Positions 51,182-63,725 of a stretch of 64,000 nt of DNA are shown here, one piece after another. The DNA comes from Moniliella sp. 'wahieum' (lineage: Eukaryota), in NCBI GenBank assembly GCA_003971905.1, contig RSEE01000044.1, positions 62,001 to 126,000 on the forward strand, in the 5' to 3' direction. Below the pieces are notes generated by a model, which did no database searches, was not told the DNA's origin, and was given only the letters and a program-made list of their open reading frames with translations. The position numbers and the translations under genes are program-made. Positions within the stretch are counted from its first letter, which is position 1. Every line of letters begins with the position of its first letter.

Positions 51182-52112
51182 ACAGCTCTTCTTCCTACTG
51201 TTGTTGGAGCGGGTCCATGGGAGCAGCAACGTCTGCCCCCCGTTCACCTTTCAATCCTTCTCCCGAGGATTTGTATTCCCGGGCCTGTCCTGAGCAACAG
51301 ATTCAGTGTTGCTTCTCTCAAGCTGGACCTAGCGAGAGAAGAGGCCGCAGCGCGCGTTCGTTCCCGCGGGATAGCGTGCACACCAAAACAGATATGTATG
51401 TTCTAGGTTGCTGGTCACGCGATCCTGCATCCTGCATTATACAACCAAATGCGCTTGACGTAGTTGCGCGTTATAAGCAGGGTCTGTGCTCTTGGAGGCA
51501 ACAGTAGTTAAGTCGGCTGAAGGCCTGAAACGGCACTTCAGTCTGGGCTGTGAATCAGTTGACCCAAACATGACTGTAGGATGGTTAGGCCTTAGGCCTT
51601 AGGGCTAACTCTCTCAGAATGATGCATTGCTTGCAGCCAGCGTTCGTAGCGCAGAAAGGGTGGCTCGTGCAAGAGTTGCTTCGATGAGACCATGATGGAA
51701 GTATCGGTTAGGGTTGTAGACCACTGCCTGAACGGACTTGGAGATGCGGATGACATGGACGGGGCTGCCAACCATGCCGTGGTCCAAGCCAGCTTGCCCA
51801 TATGCGCCGAGGGGGAGTGGGGTTGTGCTTCAGCACATTGACATCGGCACACCAGCCGAACAGCTGAAGGAAAAGCCGTGGGGGGTCAGGCTTGCTTGGG
51901 TGCTGGGTCGTACCAGCTGGATACCTGTGGCTTTACATTTCAGAACCAAACCCTACTGATGGGGCGCGCGCAGGCGGCACTGACCCTGTGCAGCCAGCTC
52001 CCATGGGGCAGTAAGTAGAGCGTTATTCGCCTAGCGTTGGACGCTAGGCCCCAACGTGCGCAGGTAGCCAGCGGCGGATGTGTCCCCTTCATCCTCTTCC
52101 CCACCACCCGCC

Positions 52113-52982
52113 ATGGCCCCGTCCCCTCCACTCCCGCGCATCGAAATTACCGATGCTACCCTCACTCAGCGCTCGCCCTCTGGAGTAGACCGCCGTGCGT
52201 CGCTGGTAACCGTAACCAAGGTTGACGAGACGCCCGAGCAGCTGCTCGACCAGAATGCCGGCTTCAATGCCAAGCAGACTGGGTTAACTACAAAGGTACG
52301 CCCTTGCCCCGCATCCCGCTACGGCACACGCCACATCCACATACCTGGAGTCGGAGATGCAACCAGTTCTGACAAACTTGTAGGTGCTTGGGTCATCCAC
52401 GTTGTCCTTATCATCTTTTCCAAGATCCTGCTTGACGTGCTTCCGGGCATGACGTCGGACCTGAGCTGGACGCTCGTTTGCGTCGGCTACGCAGTGGTGC
52501 GTATTCTCGCGCCAGGATGTTCAGGTCAGAAACTGACTTATTTCACCCAGATTTCCTATATCATGTTCCACTATGTCACTGGCACCCCCTTTGAGTCCAA
52601 TGCGGGGGCTTACGACGGCCTGACACTGTGGGAACAGATTGATGATGGTGCCCACTTCACTCCAACAAAAAAGTGGCTCACCTCCCTCCCGATTATGCTG
52701 TACGTGCTTTCTCTCTCAAATATGAGGCAAGAGTCGCTAACCCACCTTCTGCACAGCTTCCTTGTCGCGACCCACTACACTCACTACAACCCCTGGACCT
52801 TCTCGATCAACTTTATCGCTACACTCGTCGGTGTATTCCCAAAGCTCCCTGTGCTGGATCGGCTTCGTCTTAAGATCATGCCCTCTGCCACACCGCTTCA
52901 GAGCTTGCCCCGACTCCCACTCACTCGCGACCCGCAACACCGGCGATGGCACGGGCCTTCTAACGTGATTGCCCATGCCTAG
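52113..52982 (+). CDS. ORM1: ORMDL/Orm1 sphingolipid-homeostasis ER membrane protein
   Basis: LLDQNA..N..WVNYKG, GAWVIHVVLI, SWTL, SYIMFHYVTGTPFE.NAGAYD.LTLWEQID.G..FTPTKKWL, FLVATHYT, PKLP. Three introns (about 52276-52383, 52497-52550, 52700-52756). Confidence 0.95.
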   Translation: MAPSPPLPRIEITDATLTQRSPSGVDRRASLVTVTKVDETPEQLLDQNAGFNAKQTGLTTKVRPCPASRYGTRHIHIPGVGDATSSDKLVGAWVIHVVLIIFSKILLDVLPGMTSDLSWTLVCVGYAVVRILAPGCSGQKLTYFTQISYIMFHYVTGTPFESNAGAYDGLTLWEQIDDGAHFTPTKKWLTSLPIMLYVLSLSNMRQESLTHLLHSFLVATHYTHYNPWTFSINFIATLVGVFPKLPVLDRLRLKIMPSATPLQSLPRLPLTRDPQHRRWHGPSNVIAHA

Positions 52983-53431
52983 CCCCTACTCCTGTAACCC
53001 CCTCCCCCCCCGTCTCGTCTCTTGTTCACCCAACCTTTCTCAAATTAGACAGCTACAGAGCACCAGCGCCCGGCTCCGCTTTACTGGTCAGGAAGGTCGC
53101 CCTCCAGGCTTGCCTTGAGCTTCTAGCTTAAATACCTTTCGTTGTTGCCGAGCCATTTTCCCATTGATGCAAGGGCGCATTTTTTGCGCCTTGCCAGTGG
53201 CATCTTGTGTAGGGCTTCACTCCAGGGTTCTGGGTCATATTGGGGATAATGAAGCAAACGATCAATTAACATTGGGTTGCATCGCTTCATCAATCACGAA
53301 AGTTGAAGCGTGTATGGGGGTGGTACTGGTACCAGAGAAAGGGACGTAGACGCCACTCGCGACAAGCAATACAAGCGATGACCTCACTGGCAACGACGTA
53401 TAGTTCTGTGTTAAACCAGGAGTACAACAAG

Positions 53432-53530
53432 GGTTGCATAACTCAGTGGCCAGAGTGGCGGTCTTCGGCGGGCGTGTTACACACGACCTGTAGTTGCCGC
53501 AGGTCGTCGGTTCGATCCCGGCTGCAGCCT
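53432..53530 (+). tRNA. intron-containing tRNA, probably tRNA-Arg(UCG)
   Basis: GGTTGCA/TGCAGCC acceptor stem; ACTC-AGTGGCCA-GAGT D arm; GCGGT-CT TCG G-[about 26-nt intron]-T-GCCGC anticodon arm; AGGTC variable loop; GTCGG TTCGATC CCGGC T arm; TTTATTTTTT Pol III terminator. The isotype is less certain than the tRNA call. Confidence 0.8.
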
Positions 53531-54335
53531 TTATTTTTTCGCATTCCCCGCTTTCGTTTTTAAATGTAACAACCAGGATGATCTATTCCCCTAGGTCATG
53601 CAGGTCAACTGGCGACGCGAGGATACTATACCACCAAGACGGCTAACAAGATGTTTGGACACTGTAAAGAATGTACTGATGCATCTCATTGGAGATGGTT
53701 TAACGCTCGCTTGTCTACCACGCTCATTCGTATCCATGAGCGCTACATCCGTTGTGGAAACGAATGGCGGGGGGGTGCCACATTGGGTGTTTGATGACCT
53801 GCTGACGACTCAACTGTTGTGGTTTCCTCATTGGTTTGGCACGAGCAAGTAGCATCCGCCGAATGGGCAAGCCTGTTAAGCACACCGTTTCTTTGCCCTG
53901 GCCTTAAGCTCTGTGAACGATATGAATGCAGCCACCTGTTGGCGAAACCACACCAATGTCCATTCATTACATTGCACGTGCCCTCTCTTTATAGTACCGC
54001 AATGAGATCATGAGAGCCCGTGGCCAATAGGTGAAGTCAATGGTTCTATCTCCGAGATTCGAGAGAGTACTTCTTTTCCTTCCTGATCGTGTTTCCCCAC
54101 GGGTATATATATAGCAACCTCTCCTCATAGAACCTAGTCTGGTTCTGGTTGCTGCGGCATTATTGGCATAACTCCAACACATCCGTTAAGATTGAGAGAA
54201 CCAAAACCGGCTTGAAGCTTGAGCTGCTCACAGTTTACTGTTTTACGGACGCGCCTGGGCCTGAAACTAAAGTTTTGCCGCCTTACAAGCCCTGCCGCCT
54301 GGTCTGTCGATGATCGATGATCGACACTCGGGGAC

Positions 54336-54570
54336 AGATGCTGGCAGATGCTGGCAGATGCTCAGGCGCTCAGGCTAGAGCGGCGCGCTGAGCTTGAGCG
54401 GCTGAGCCTGAGCAGGTAGCTTCATCGATCGCCAATCGTTCTGAGGCCCCTGTCGGAGGGGCTGATGGGCAGGCTGAGCGCCGCTGAGGTGCTGAGCATA
54501 CTGAGTTACTGAGTCTGAGCTTCAGTAACTCGAGCTTCAGTAACTCAGTGGCTGAGCGCCTGAGCTGCCG
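54336..54570. repeat. CTGAG/CTCAG-rich degenerate repeat tract with a 10-bp (AGATGCTGGC) tandem
   Basis: cagatgctggcagatgctggcagatgctcaggcgctcagg...gctgagcttgagcggctgagcctgagc...gagcttcagtaactcgagcttcagtaactcag. Confidence 0.7.
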
Positions 54571-55352
54571 GGAACCCTGGAGTGGCTGAGCGCATTATAA
54601 CAAGCCACACGTACAGGGCACAGGAGATGAACCCAGGGGGAACGGGAAGCAAGAAGCACTCTTGAGCGCACCGATTACTGCGTACCTGTGATCGCGCTGA
54701 GCGCTTAGTCGCGTGAGCGTACGCGTGACTATTGTTAATGACTGGCCCAGTGACTAGACGAATGACTAGAACGTACTGGCGTGGAGCTGGCGCGCTGGCG
54801 CCGCGAAGGCGAGATGGTGCGCGCGTGGCAAAATCGGGGCCAGGAGACTGAGCCAGTGCAGATCTTTGGCCGAAAACGCCGCACATCCTAGTCCACACAC
54901 TGCCCTTCTGCTGGAAGCTATTCGAAGATGCACCCTGCGGCACCGCTTCTTCGCCCGAGCTGTTCTGCTGGCCTGGATGTGCCCTGGTGTGCCATTGGGT
55001 ATCGAAAATCGATTATCGAGGACAGTATCAAGGACTGAATAGCAGTGAATGGCTGGGTCATCAGGTCAGCGCGTCAGCACTGAGAAAGGGACCGGTTTTT
55101 TCATGCTGTAGGTGTACCCACTTGAGTCCGGTTTGCGAGGAATCCGGTTGGCTGGCGTCCACCGTCTCCGGTGTCCCAATGTTCATTGAACGTACGTTCA
55201 GCTCTTCAGCCCAGTCCAGCCCAATTCCCTCCTGTCCTTCTTTCATCCCCTTGTCATCTTCTCTCCAACATCAGCCCCTCCTTCCCCCCCACCCCATCCA
55301 TCCGCACGTGCTCCCTCACCTTCTTTTGCCCACGCTCTTTTTTCTACCCGCG

Positions 55353-56511
55353 ATGGTCTCGCCCACTCATCTCATGGGGGGCTTATTGGCCTGGTTGCCA
55401 TTGCCACAACTGCCCCTGCCCCTGTTGCCGCCCCACCCAACCCGCCCAAGGGCGCGAACTTCCACATACGCGCCGTGCAGCGGATCCCCTTTCACATCCC
55501 CTTCATGACCTCAGACTGTGGGTGGATCCCAATGGGTCCACCCCGTCTAGCGCGCGTGTCGCCATGGTTGCTCAGCATGGTCTCGGGCGCAACTTCAACA
55601 CGATCTTTTCCGCCTGGCCAACAATGTCGATTTGAGCACCACCGTCGTTGTTGCCCCCAACTTTTACATCCTGTCCGACTATGACGGCGAGTCGGACAAT
55701 TGGTACAACCAGGCTCGTGATCTTGCTTGGTCCTCCGAGCGCGACTGGGTCTCAGGCAACGACGCAGCCAATGCACAGGGCCTGCTCCTCTTTCGACACG
55801 TTTGACTGGTTGCGCCAGGTGTTCACCGACCGGAGCAAATACCCCGACCTTGAAGCGGTTTACTTTGTGGGTCATTCTGACGGGGGGGATTTGTCTCTCG
55901 CTACGCTCTTCTTGCCGATGACTGGACGTTGTCGTCGACCAAGGTTGTTTATGTGGCGCCAACAACCCAACGTTGCCTTACTTTACTTCTTACCGTCCCG
56001 GAACCAAGTTCTTCAACCAATCCACCTGCTCCGACTGGGATCAGTGGGATTATGGTGTAAAGGGCATTAGTGAGAACCGGTACGCCGCGTCGCGTTGGCA
56101 AGGCACCCAGACCATGTTTTCGCGCTTCGTGTCCCGCCGGGTGCTGACCCTGGTGGGCGATCTGGATACGCGCTCTCGGTACAATTTTGGGGACGACTCT
56201 TGCGCTGCCAAAGCTCAAGGCGGGAACAACCGACGCAACCGCGGGTACGACTATTGGGTCTACAAGGTTCTCCTTGCCGGTGCAGAACAGTCCAACAACG
56301 TAGGCGGCAAATCTCGCTTGCGCCAATTCCCCTCCTACTCCCGCATCGCACCCAACGTCCAGGCGATTACCTCGGGCTCTTTCACCACCAATTTTGTGTG
56401 GTGCCCAACGTGGGCCACGTCGCTGCCGATATGTGGGCTTCTTCCTGTGGGCAGGCTGCACTTCAGGGAAAAATTCCTCGCTCCGAATGGGGTTACCCCG
56501 ACACGCCGTAG
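55353..56511 (+). CDS. putative secreted alpha/beta-hydrolase-fold protein
   Basis: Hydrophobic N-terminus; QHGLGRNFN, APNF, SSFDTFD, YPDLEAVYFVGHS.GG (nucleophile elbow), YFTSYRP, WDYG, LVGDLDT, DDSCAAKAQGGNNRRNRG, VPNVGH. Frameshifted. Confidence 0.65.
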
Positions 56512-58432
56512 AGTTGCGGTCTGTGGTCGTCTTTCTCTTCTCTTTGCCTCCATTACTTGGAAAATGCTGCTGCGATACCTGTGGACCTTCACCAATCATT
56601 TCTCTTCTTTTATTGTCTCTCTCCCGCATGCCCTATCAAGATCCATCCAGCATGATCTAGGAGAGAGGACAAGAATTGTTTTTTCCTTGTCATGGTGCTT
56701 CTCCCACGTCCAGCTCCATGTCTCTCCCCACCGCCAATCTCTCAGCTTTTACCTTCTGACGGGAATGATGACATCAGAGTAACGACGACATTTCTGCTCC
56801 AATTCGCGCATTGTATCATTGTGCCAGTATAGACCTTGTAGCTCTTCGCCCAACTGCGTGAACCCACAAATCTGTGCCCAAAAAAGCATCTATTCTACCA
56901 GTGAGGAGCTCTTCGTGTCGGACGGGAGTCGGTTGTGCTAAAGGGAGTGAGAGAAGGGGAAGATGGAGGTGTGTCATTCAGAGGAGTCCTAGGCGGACTG
57001 TTAGATATAGAAGGGGAGAGCCGGAGTCAATAACAGAGTGGGTATGTAAACCACATGGTTGTCACGCTGACAGGTTGAAAGTTGACGGGCAAAAAATGAT
57101 CGAACCGGATCGAACCGGGGACCTTACGCGTCTCAACGAGACCTGATGCTTCAGGATGTGAAGCGTACGTCATGACCAGCTAGACCATCCGACCTGTTGT
57201 GCTGCATACCATTTCCATAGCCATAACTTAAATCGATATCCAAAGCCTGAACCTCATTCTCCATTTTTGCTCCTCTATTATGCCCTTTTACATCGTCTGC
57301 CGTTGTATCCTTGATCCCTTTGGGGTATGAGAAGCTTCTTACCTTGATCGGCATGTTCCAATTGCCAATCGAAGAGGGTAGTTGGGATTTCTGGTGGATC
57401 AAAAAGGCACATTCGTGTTTTCCCCACTTTCGCTAAGGGTGTCCAGTCAATGAACGAAACAGTGACCCCCTGAAAGTCGGCCATCAGTAGGTCGATGACG
57501 CGTGAGTCACCCCTCCACTACCTACGACCAAGAGTCGCGTGGTCTCAGTAAACATGCGCGCGGGATGCTAGGCAACCCCACCCAGTGGACAAAAGGCCCA
57601 CACGTCAAAGAGACGCAACGTAGCCCGATCAACGGGGTTACGATGATATAGGTCGCACCCTCTCTGGACGATGTGCCGGGCGAGGGGGGGGGGGAGCTGG
57701 GCGGCATGTCTGCAAGGCACTGACCTTCGGCGACAACCAGCTGGAAGGGTAAAAATGTTTGCCGCATCGAATGGCTTGTGTTTCCCGCAATGGAGAGGTT
57801 GTGGTCGGCACCGGGATGCAGCCGGGGGTGTTAGCCGGGGGTGGGTGAGGGAGGAGCTTGGGTCTGTGCTGCCGTGGCAAGCTGGGCCTTCGACCTGTTG
57901 GGTTAGGCAAGTTTTGGGCATGCAATGGATAAATGCGAGGTGCCAACAAGTTGGGAAGTGCCCAGTTCCTTGCGGAAAGGAAGCTGGCCGGGAGCGACGA
58001 GCCTGGACCGCACCCCCACCTGGGCTCATACTAGGCGGCTGTCGGGAGACGTATGCACATGGTTCTGACGAAATCTGCAGAAGACTCGAGAGAGTACCAC
58101 AGCACCTCGTTTAACAACTTGTTCACACAAGGCAAGGCCCTAGGACATCTATCACCACGATTTACGATTGATACGTCTAGGGTAAGAAGACGTAAAAATG
58201 ATAGCTAGAGGCATGAGAACAGTAGAGTGGTACGATATACCACACATGCGGAAAGACGTAGGCATGTTGGTGTCCAACCAACACTTTTATCTGCGACGTA
58301 CAGTGGGATGGAATACGACGCATGTTCAGGGAAGTATCCCCACCCAGGGGCGTATGTTATGCAAGCCCAAGAAAAGGATGGAGCGGGGGCGGGGGCGAGG
58401 GAACATATGTGGACGTCCCGCGTGTTACCACA

Positions 58433-59645
58433 TTAGATGAGGTCCGCAATGTCCATCGGCATCTCCTCAATGTTGGTCGAGTAGAACTTCTCAATCTCGC
58501 GCATCATCGGCAGGTCCTCCTGCGTGACAAAGTTGATCGCCACACCCTTACGACCAAAGCGACCACCACGACCAATGCGGTGAATGTAGTTCTCGCGGTT
58601 GGTCGGCAGGTCGTAGTTAATGACCAGCGACACCTGCTGCACGTCAATGCCACGAGCAAGCAGGTCCGTCGTGATGAGAATGCGCGAGGAGCCCGAGCGG
58701 AACTCTTGCATAATCACGTCACGTTGCGACTGCTCCATATCGCCGTGCATGGCCGAAACGGTGAATTCTTGGCGGGTAAGCTGGTCGGTGAGCCAGTCGA
58801 CCTTGCGGCGCGTGTTGCAGAAGATGACGGCCTGCGTGATGGTGAGCGTCTCGTACAGGTCGCACAGCGTTGCCAGCTTCCAGTCCTCTTTTTCGATCGA
58901 GATAAAGAATTGACGAATACCCTCGAGGGTCAGCTCGTCACGCTTCACCAAGATGCGCACAGGGTCGCGCATAAACTTTTTGGTCACCTCCAGCACATCG
59001 GTGGGCATGGTGGCCGAAAGGAGGACAACTTGGGTGTCCTGCGGAAGACGCTGGAAAATCTCGTACATCTGCTCCTTGAAACCCTTGGAGAGCATCTCGT
59101 CGGCCTCGTCAAGGCAGAACATCTTAAGGTTGCTCGTGACAAAGTGGCCACGGTCAATCATGTCAAATACACGACCAGGCGTGCCAACCACAATGGGGGC
59201 CCTCTTGGAGGCGAGCAATGTCTTCCGAGATACGGGTGCCGCCAACGCAAGCGTGGCAGTTGATCTTGAGGTAGTCACCCAGAGCGAGGACGACCTTCTG
59301 AATCTGAAGCGCCAACTCACGCGTCGGGGCCAGAACAAGGGCTTGGGTCTTGTTGACAGTCTCGTCAATGCGCTGCAGAATGGCAATGGAGAACGTAGCC
59401 GTCTTTCCCGTGCCCGACTGCGCCTGAGCAATCACGTCGTTGCCCTTGACAATGGGAACGATGGCACGGGCTTGGATGGCCGAAGGTTTCTCGAAACCGT
59501 AGGCGTACACACCGTGCACGAGATCGGGCTTGAGTTCCATCGTGTCGAAGTTGTCGACGACCTGGTCCCAGTTGGACTCGATCGTAGGCTCGGCCATAGG
59601 GTCGGTGCTGCCGCCGGCAGCAACGGGGTTATCGGCGCTGGACAT
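58433..59645 (-). CDS. TIF1: eukaryotic translation initiation factor 4A (DEAD-box helicase)
   Basis: [61 protein letters not shown]. Probable 5'UTR intron starting at 59876. Confidence 0.98.
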
Positions 59646-60560
59646 ATTGGGCAAAAGGCTGCGGGGGTCTGGATGCTCTCTCCTAATCTAGGAAAGAACC
59701 AAGCAGGGGTGGGAGCGGGGGAGGGTGGCGGCTGGGGAAGGGAAAGACAAGGCGGGAGAGGAGGTCAGCGGCTGTACGGACAAAAGAGAGGCCCAGCTCC
59801 AGGAGGCGGAGGCGGCGGTGATGACGGTAGCGGGCAGCACGGCCAGGATCTGGGGACAGGAGGATAGGATACGCACTGGTGTGGGGCTGAGGTGGTGGTG
59901 GAGACAAGAGGAGCAGGAGGTGGTGCGGCGAGGCTGTTCAGTCGGCTGCGCCTGCGTGCCCTAAAAAAACTGCGAGAGGAACGCCGGACACTGGCGCGGT
60001 GCAGAGGCCTGGGGCAGCGCCAGCCCAAACGGAGGGCGGCGCACTGGCGCCGTGCTGGGCTGGCCAGCTGCAGCCCCCTGGGCCGGAGCGCCTCAGCGGC
60101 CAAAGCGCGCAGGGACCCAGAGCGGCTGCGCGATAAGATACAGGCCTCGTGCTGGGCCCCGGGGGGGACGGGGGCTGGCGCCTGCTGGCTGCTGAGGCGC
60201 TGCCGGGGCGCTGCAGGGGGCAGGGGCCGCGTTGGCAATCGGGGCATCCGTTGCACCGAGATCAGATCGCAGGCTCAAACTTTCAGATGCGTGTCGCCAC
60301 AGATTGCCCCTGGGCCTGGTTAATTAATGGTACCTTGCTCGTCGCAGCGCGTAGCGCGGAACCACAATAGGGACGCAATTCAATTTGAAATGTACAAGTG
60401 CAAGGCGCACCGCTCGCTTGCCTTCTTCGGAAGCTGCTGGCCTGCTCCGGGGTGGGTTGCGCTCAGTACACTTGGCCTTCTGGGAACGAGCCCCTCCCCA
60501 CCTCCCTCGCCCGCACCCGCTCTCCACCTCCGGTCGAGTACTCAGCGCCCCGCATTCAGC

Positions 60561-61833
60561 ATGGCAGCACAGCCAGCACCCCCGGCTGACGCGCCTGCGT
60601 CGTCTGCCACCCTGCCGACCGCCCGCCCCGACCGCCCACGGCACAGCGCTGTCATCATCGGCTCTGGCCCAGCCGGCAACACGGCTGCCATCTATTTGGC
60701 TCGCGCCAACCCACCCCGTCCTCTTTGAGGGCCCTCGCCTCCCCCCGGCCTTGGTTTGGACGACCAAGAGCACCAGGATGTCCCACTCTCCTGCCCCAGC
60801 TCCCGATGCGCCCCGGGCCGGAGGCGACCTGTCCACCACCTCAGAGGTGGGCAACTTCCCTGGCTTTCCAGAGGGCATTTCCGGGCAGGCCATTGTGGAG
60901 AAATTCCGTGCCCAGGCCATCCGGTTTGGGACGACGATTGTTTCGGAGCGAATTGCCAAGATCGACCTTTCTTCTCGCCCCTTTCGCTTTTGGCGAGATC
61001 GTCGGGACCCGTTTGAGGTGGCGCTCGGCGCCCACCCTGTCCCGCCTGCCGAGACGATCGAGGAGGACGCGTACGAATTGGCAGACACGATGATCTATGC
61101 CACTGGTGCGTCCGCCAAGCGGCTTCACTTGCCTGGTGAAGAGTTGTACTGGCAATCGGGCATTTCCACATGTGCAGTGTGCGATGGCGGTGCCCCCATC
61201 TTTCGCGGTAAGACGGTGGTGGTGATTGGGGGCGGGAGTAGTGCGTGTGAAGAGGCGTTGTACTTGACAAGGTATGCGGCCAAGGTGATTGTCTTGGTTC
61301 GGAAATCCCAAATGCGAGCTAGCCCTGTGCTCTTTAAGCGAGTGGCGGCCAATGCGGCGATTGAGGTGCGGTACGAGACGAAGCCATTGAGGCTCAAGGC
61401 GACGAGGACTTGTTGCGTGCGATTCGGGTGCGCAATAACCGAACCGGTGTTGAGACTATATTCCTGCTGCCGGCCTCTTTTATGCGGTGGGGCATGCCCC
61501 GGCTACGTACCTTGTCCGTGGCCAAGTCGATTGCGACGACGACGGATACATCCGCACCACACCGGGAAAGACGCAGACCTCGGTCAAAGGGTTCTTTGCT
61601 GCGGGGGACGTGCAAGATCGGAGATACCGACAAGCAATTACCAGCGCTGGTTCGGGATGGTATGTGTCTTTGGGATCCGCATTCGACGCTTCATTTGTTG
61701 ACCCCCTTTCCTTCATAGCATGGCGGCGCTCGAGGCAGAGCGGCTGATCTCAGAAGACGATGCACTGTTTGGCAAGTTGACCATCGACCAGCTTCGCACC
61801 AATTCAGAATACCAGCACACCCACTTTACCTGA
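60561..61833 (+). CDS. TRR1: low-Mr thioredoxin reductase (divergent)
   Basis: [47 protein letters not shown] (CxxC), [45 protein letters not shown]. Intron at about 61660-61718. Confidence 0.93.
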
Positions 61834-62579
61834 GGCACAGTGCTGGCGGCTTTTTATTGGTTCAGTGGTATGCAGGGAAGTACGACAAATCAGCTGAAGG
61901 CATGCTCCTCTTCTAGTTCCTGGCCTCGCCCTTGTGCTTCAACCAAAATGTTGACGGCGTCTGTGCTTGAGGCAAAAGGGAAAGGGAAAAGAGCAAAGGG
62001 CGAGGATGCAGTGGCCTAGGAGCGGAAGGTGGAACACCTACTGTCCTTCTAGAAACCGCTTGGTCTACGATCGTTTAAGGGGGCCTTGTATACCCCACAA
62101 GGGCCTCTGAGACCTACTGTATCCTAATGAATCATGCAAACCATGGAACATGCAGTCTATATGCCGTATTGAAGAGAATTCCGACCGCCTCAACGCAAGA
62201 GAACTTATTTCTATGACATGCCACATGTGGGAGAAGAGGGGAGAGGGATCAAGTCGATCAACGGCGTAAGATGATGCATCACGTAGATTTACCCAAAGAG
62301 CCAGAGCGTGGCGAATGAACAAGGGGTGTATATAGCGGCCCTCTCGATTTCGGGCATCGCAAGCACCGACGCAAGCTGACCACCCCGAAGTACAGGCAGC
62401 AGGTGCAACAGATCGTGGAATTAAGGCCCCAGATTTGGCAGCAGAACGAAACGGGAATAATGAGGGTGGACCGAGAAGGGGTAGGGGAGTAGGGAGTAGG
62501 GGAGTAGGTATGCACGAACGGTGAAATACAAAAAGGAGAGAGATTAGAAGGAGACAGGGAGGGGGGGGGGGGCAACCTA

Positions 62580-63725
62580 AAATGGTTGTTCAATCTCCTC
62601 GTAAGGGGGAGGCAACTCGCCGTGCTCAACAAGTGGCGACATGGGCAAGCTGGCAGAGCGAACGGAGTGAGGGTGTCGACGGAGACCCTTCATCCCGCTG
62701 TTCTGCGGGTCCAGGGAGGGGCGGGTGGGCGTGTCGGGCGTAGAGGAGCGGCGGGGAACAAGGCCGAAGCGCGCGAGCAGACTCGGCTCGGGCTTTGGGG
62801 GGAAGACGCCAGTGCTCCCGAGACAGAAGCAACGCTGGTTCCTGGACTTGTAGTTGGACTCAGTGCATGCGTGTCGGGGGAGAGTGAAATCGACAGCCGA
62901 GACGACGAGGCAGGATCCAGCGTCAAGGGCGAGGAACCAGCGACAGAGGGACGGGGGGAGCGAGTAAAGGAGAAGCTGGGCCTTGAGGAAGTGCGGATGG
63001 CCCGTGGGCCAACCTGGGCTTCTGACCCGACGGATTCTTGCTGGGAATCAATGGAGGCACGTAGATTGGGGTTGGAAGTGGCGAAGGCGAAGGCCGACGC
63101 GGAGGGACATGACGCGCAAACCCACCCCACTCACTCCACTCGTGGGCGGAAGCAGAGGCAGCAACCGAGGTAGATGCCTGCTCTCGAGGCGGGTCGTGGT
63201 AGTTCAGCACATTAACAGAGTGCATGATCCACATTTCTGACAACTCCTCCCTGTTCTCTGCCAGGTCAGGATGAAGCGCGGCATGGCGAAAGAGAGCGTG
63301 CTGTTCTCGCCGTTCCCGTTGTGCGGCTCGACTGGATTGATCTCGAGGAGGGGGATTGCCCGCCCGGGAGCGCTCGGCGCGAGTGGGTGGTAAAGTGTCA
63401 CGCCCAGTCGACCCAGTGGATTGATCGCGGTGGGGACGAGGGCGGGGACGAGACTGAGGGTGTGCGCTTCGAGTGGTGGAGGCCGTGGGGGGGCATTCAC
63501 ATATTCGTCGGACGTGGGCGGGGCAGTGTTGGGCGTCTCAACAGGGGCGGTGGCGACCAGCGCATCGGCCGAAACGCGGCGGAGCTTGAGACTGGGAACG
63601 AATTTACGGGCCATTACTTTGCGCATGCGCCGCCTCTGGTCAGGGGGTGACGCTGGGGGGCACTCGGCGTGCTTGAGAGCAGGGGCCGAAGGGGCGCGGG
63701 CGTGGGCGTGCTGCGGCTGGGGCAT
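62580..63725 (-). CDS. hypothetical protein (Pro/Ser-rich)
   Basis: Chained minus-strand ORFs 63725-63204, 63243-62923 and 63130-62690 with a protein-like core (LGRLGVTLYHPL...SFAMPRFILT...SEMWIMHSVNVL). No family recognised; 3' end approximate. Confidence 0.5.

Noticed and set aside
57151..57484. Small minus-strand gene or transposon remnant
   Set aside because: Short ORFs with no recognisable motif, terminal repeats or target-site duplication; cannot be supported without a search.
58322..59867. Long plus-strand ORFs opposite eIF4A (similarly opposite ADH, RPL16, SQR and CRAL-TRIO)
   Set aside because: Antisense shadows of codon-biased, GC-rich genes with no independent motifs.
3350..61833. 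Mass pseudogenisation or programmed frameshifting
   Set aside because: Frameshifts hit essential genes indiscriminately and motifs are preserved; assembly error is the simpler explanation.
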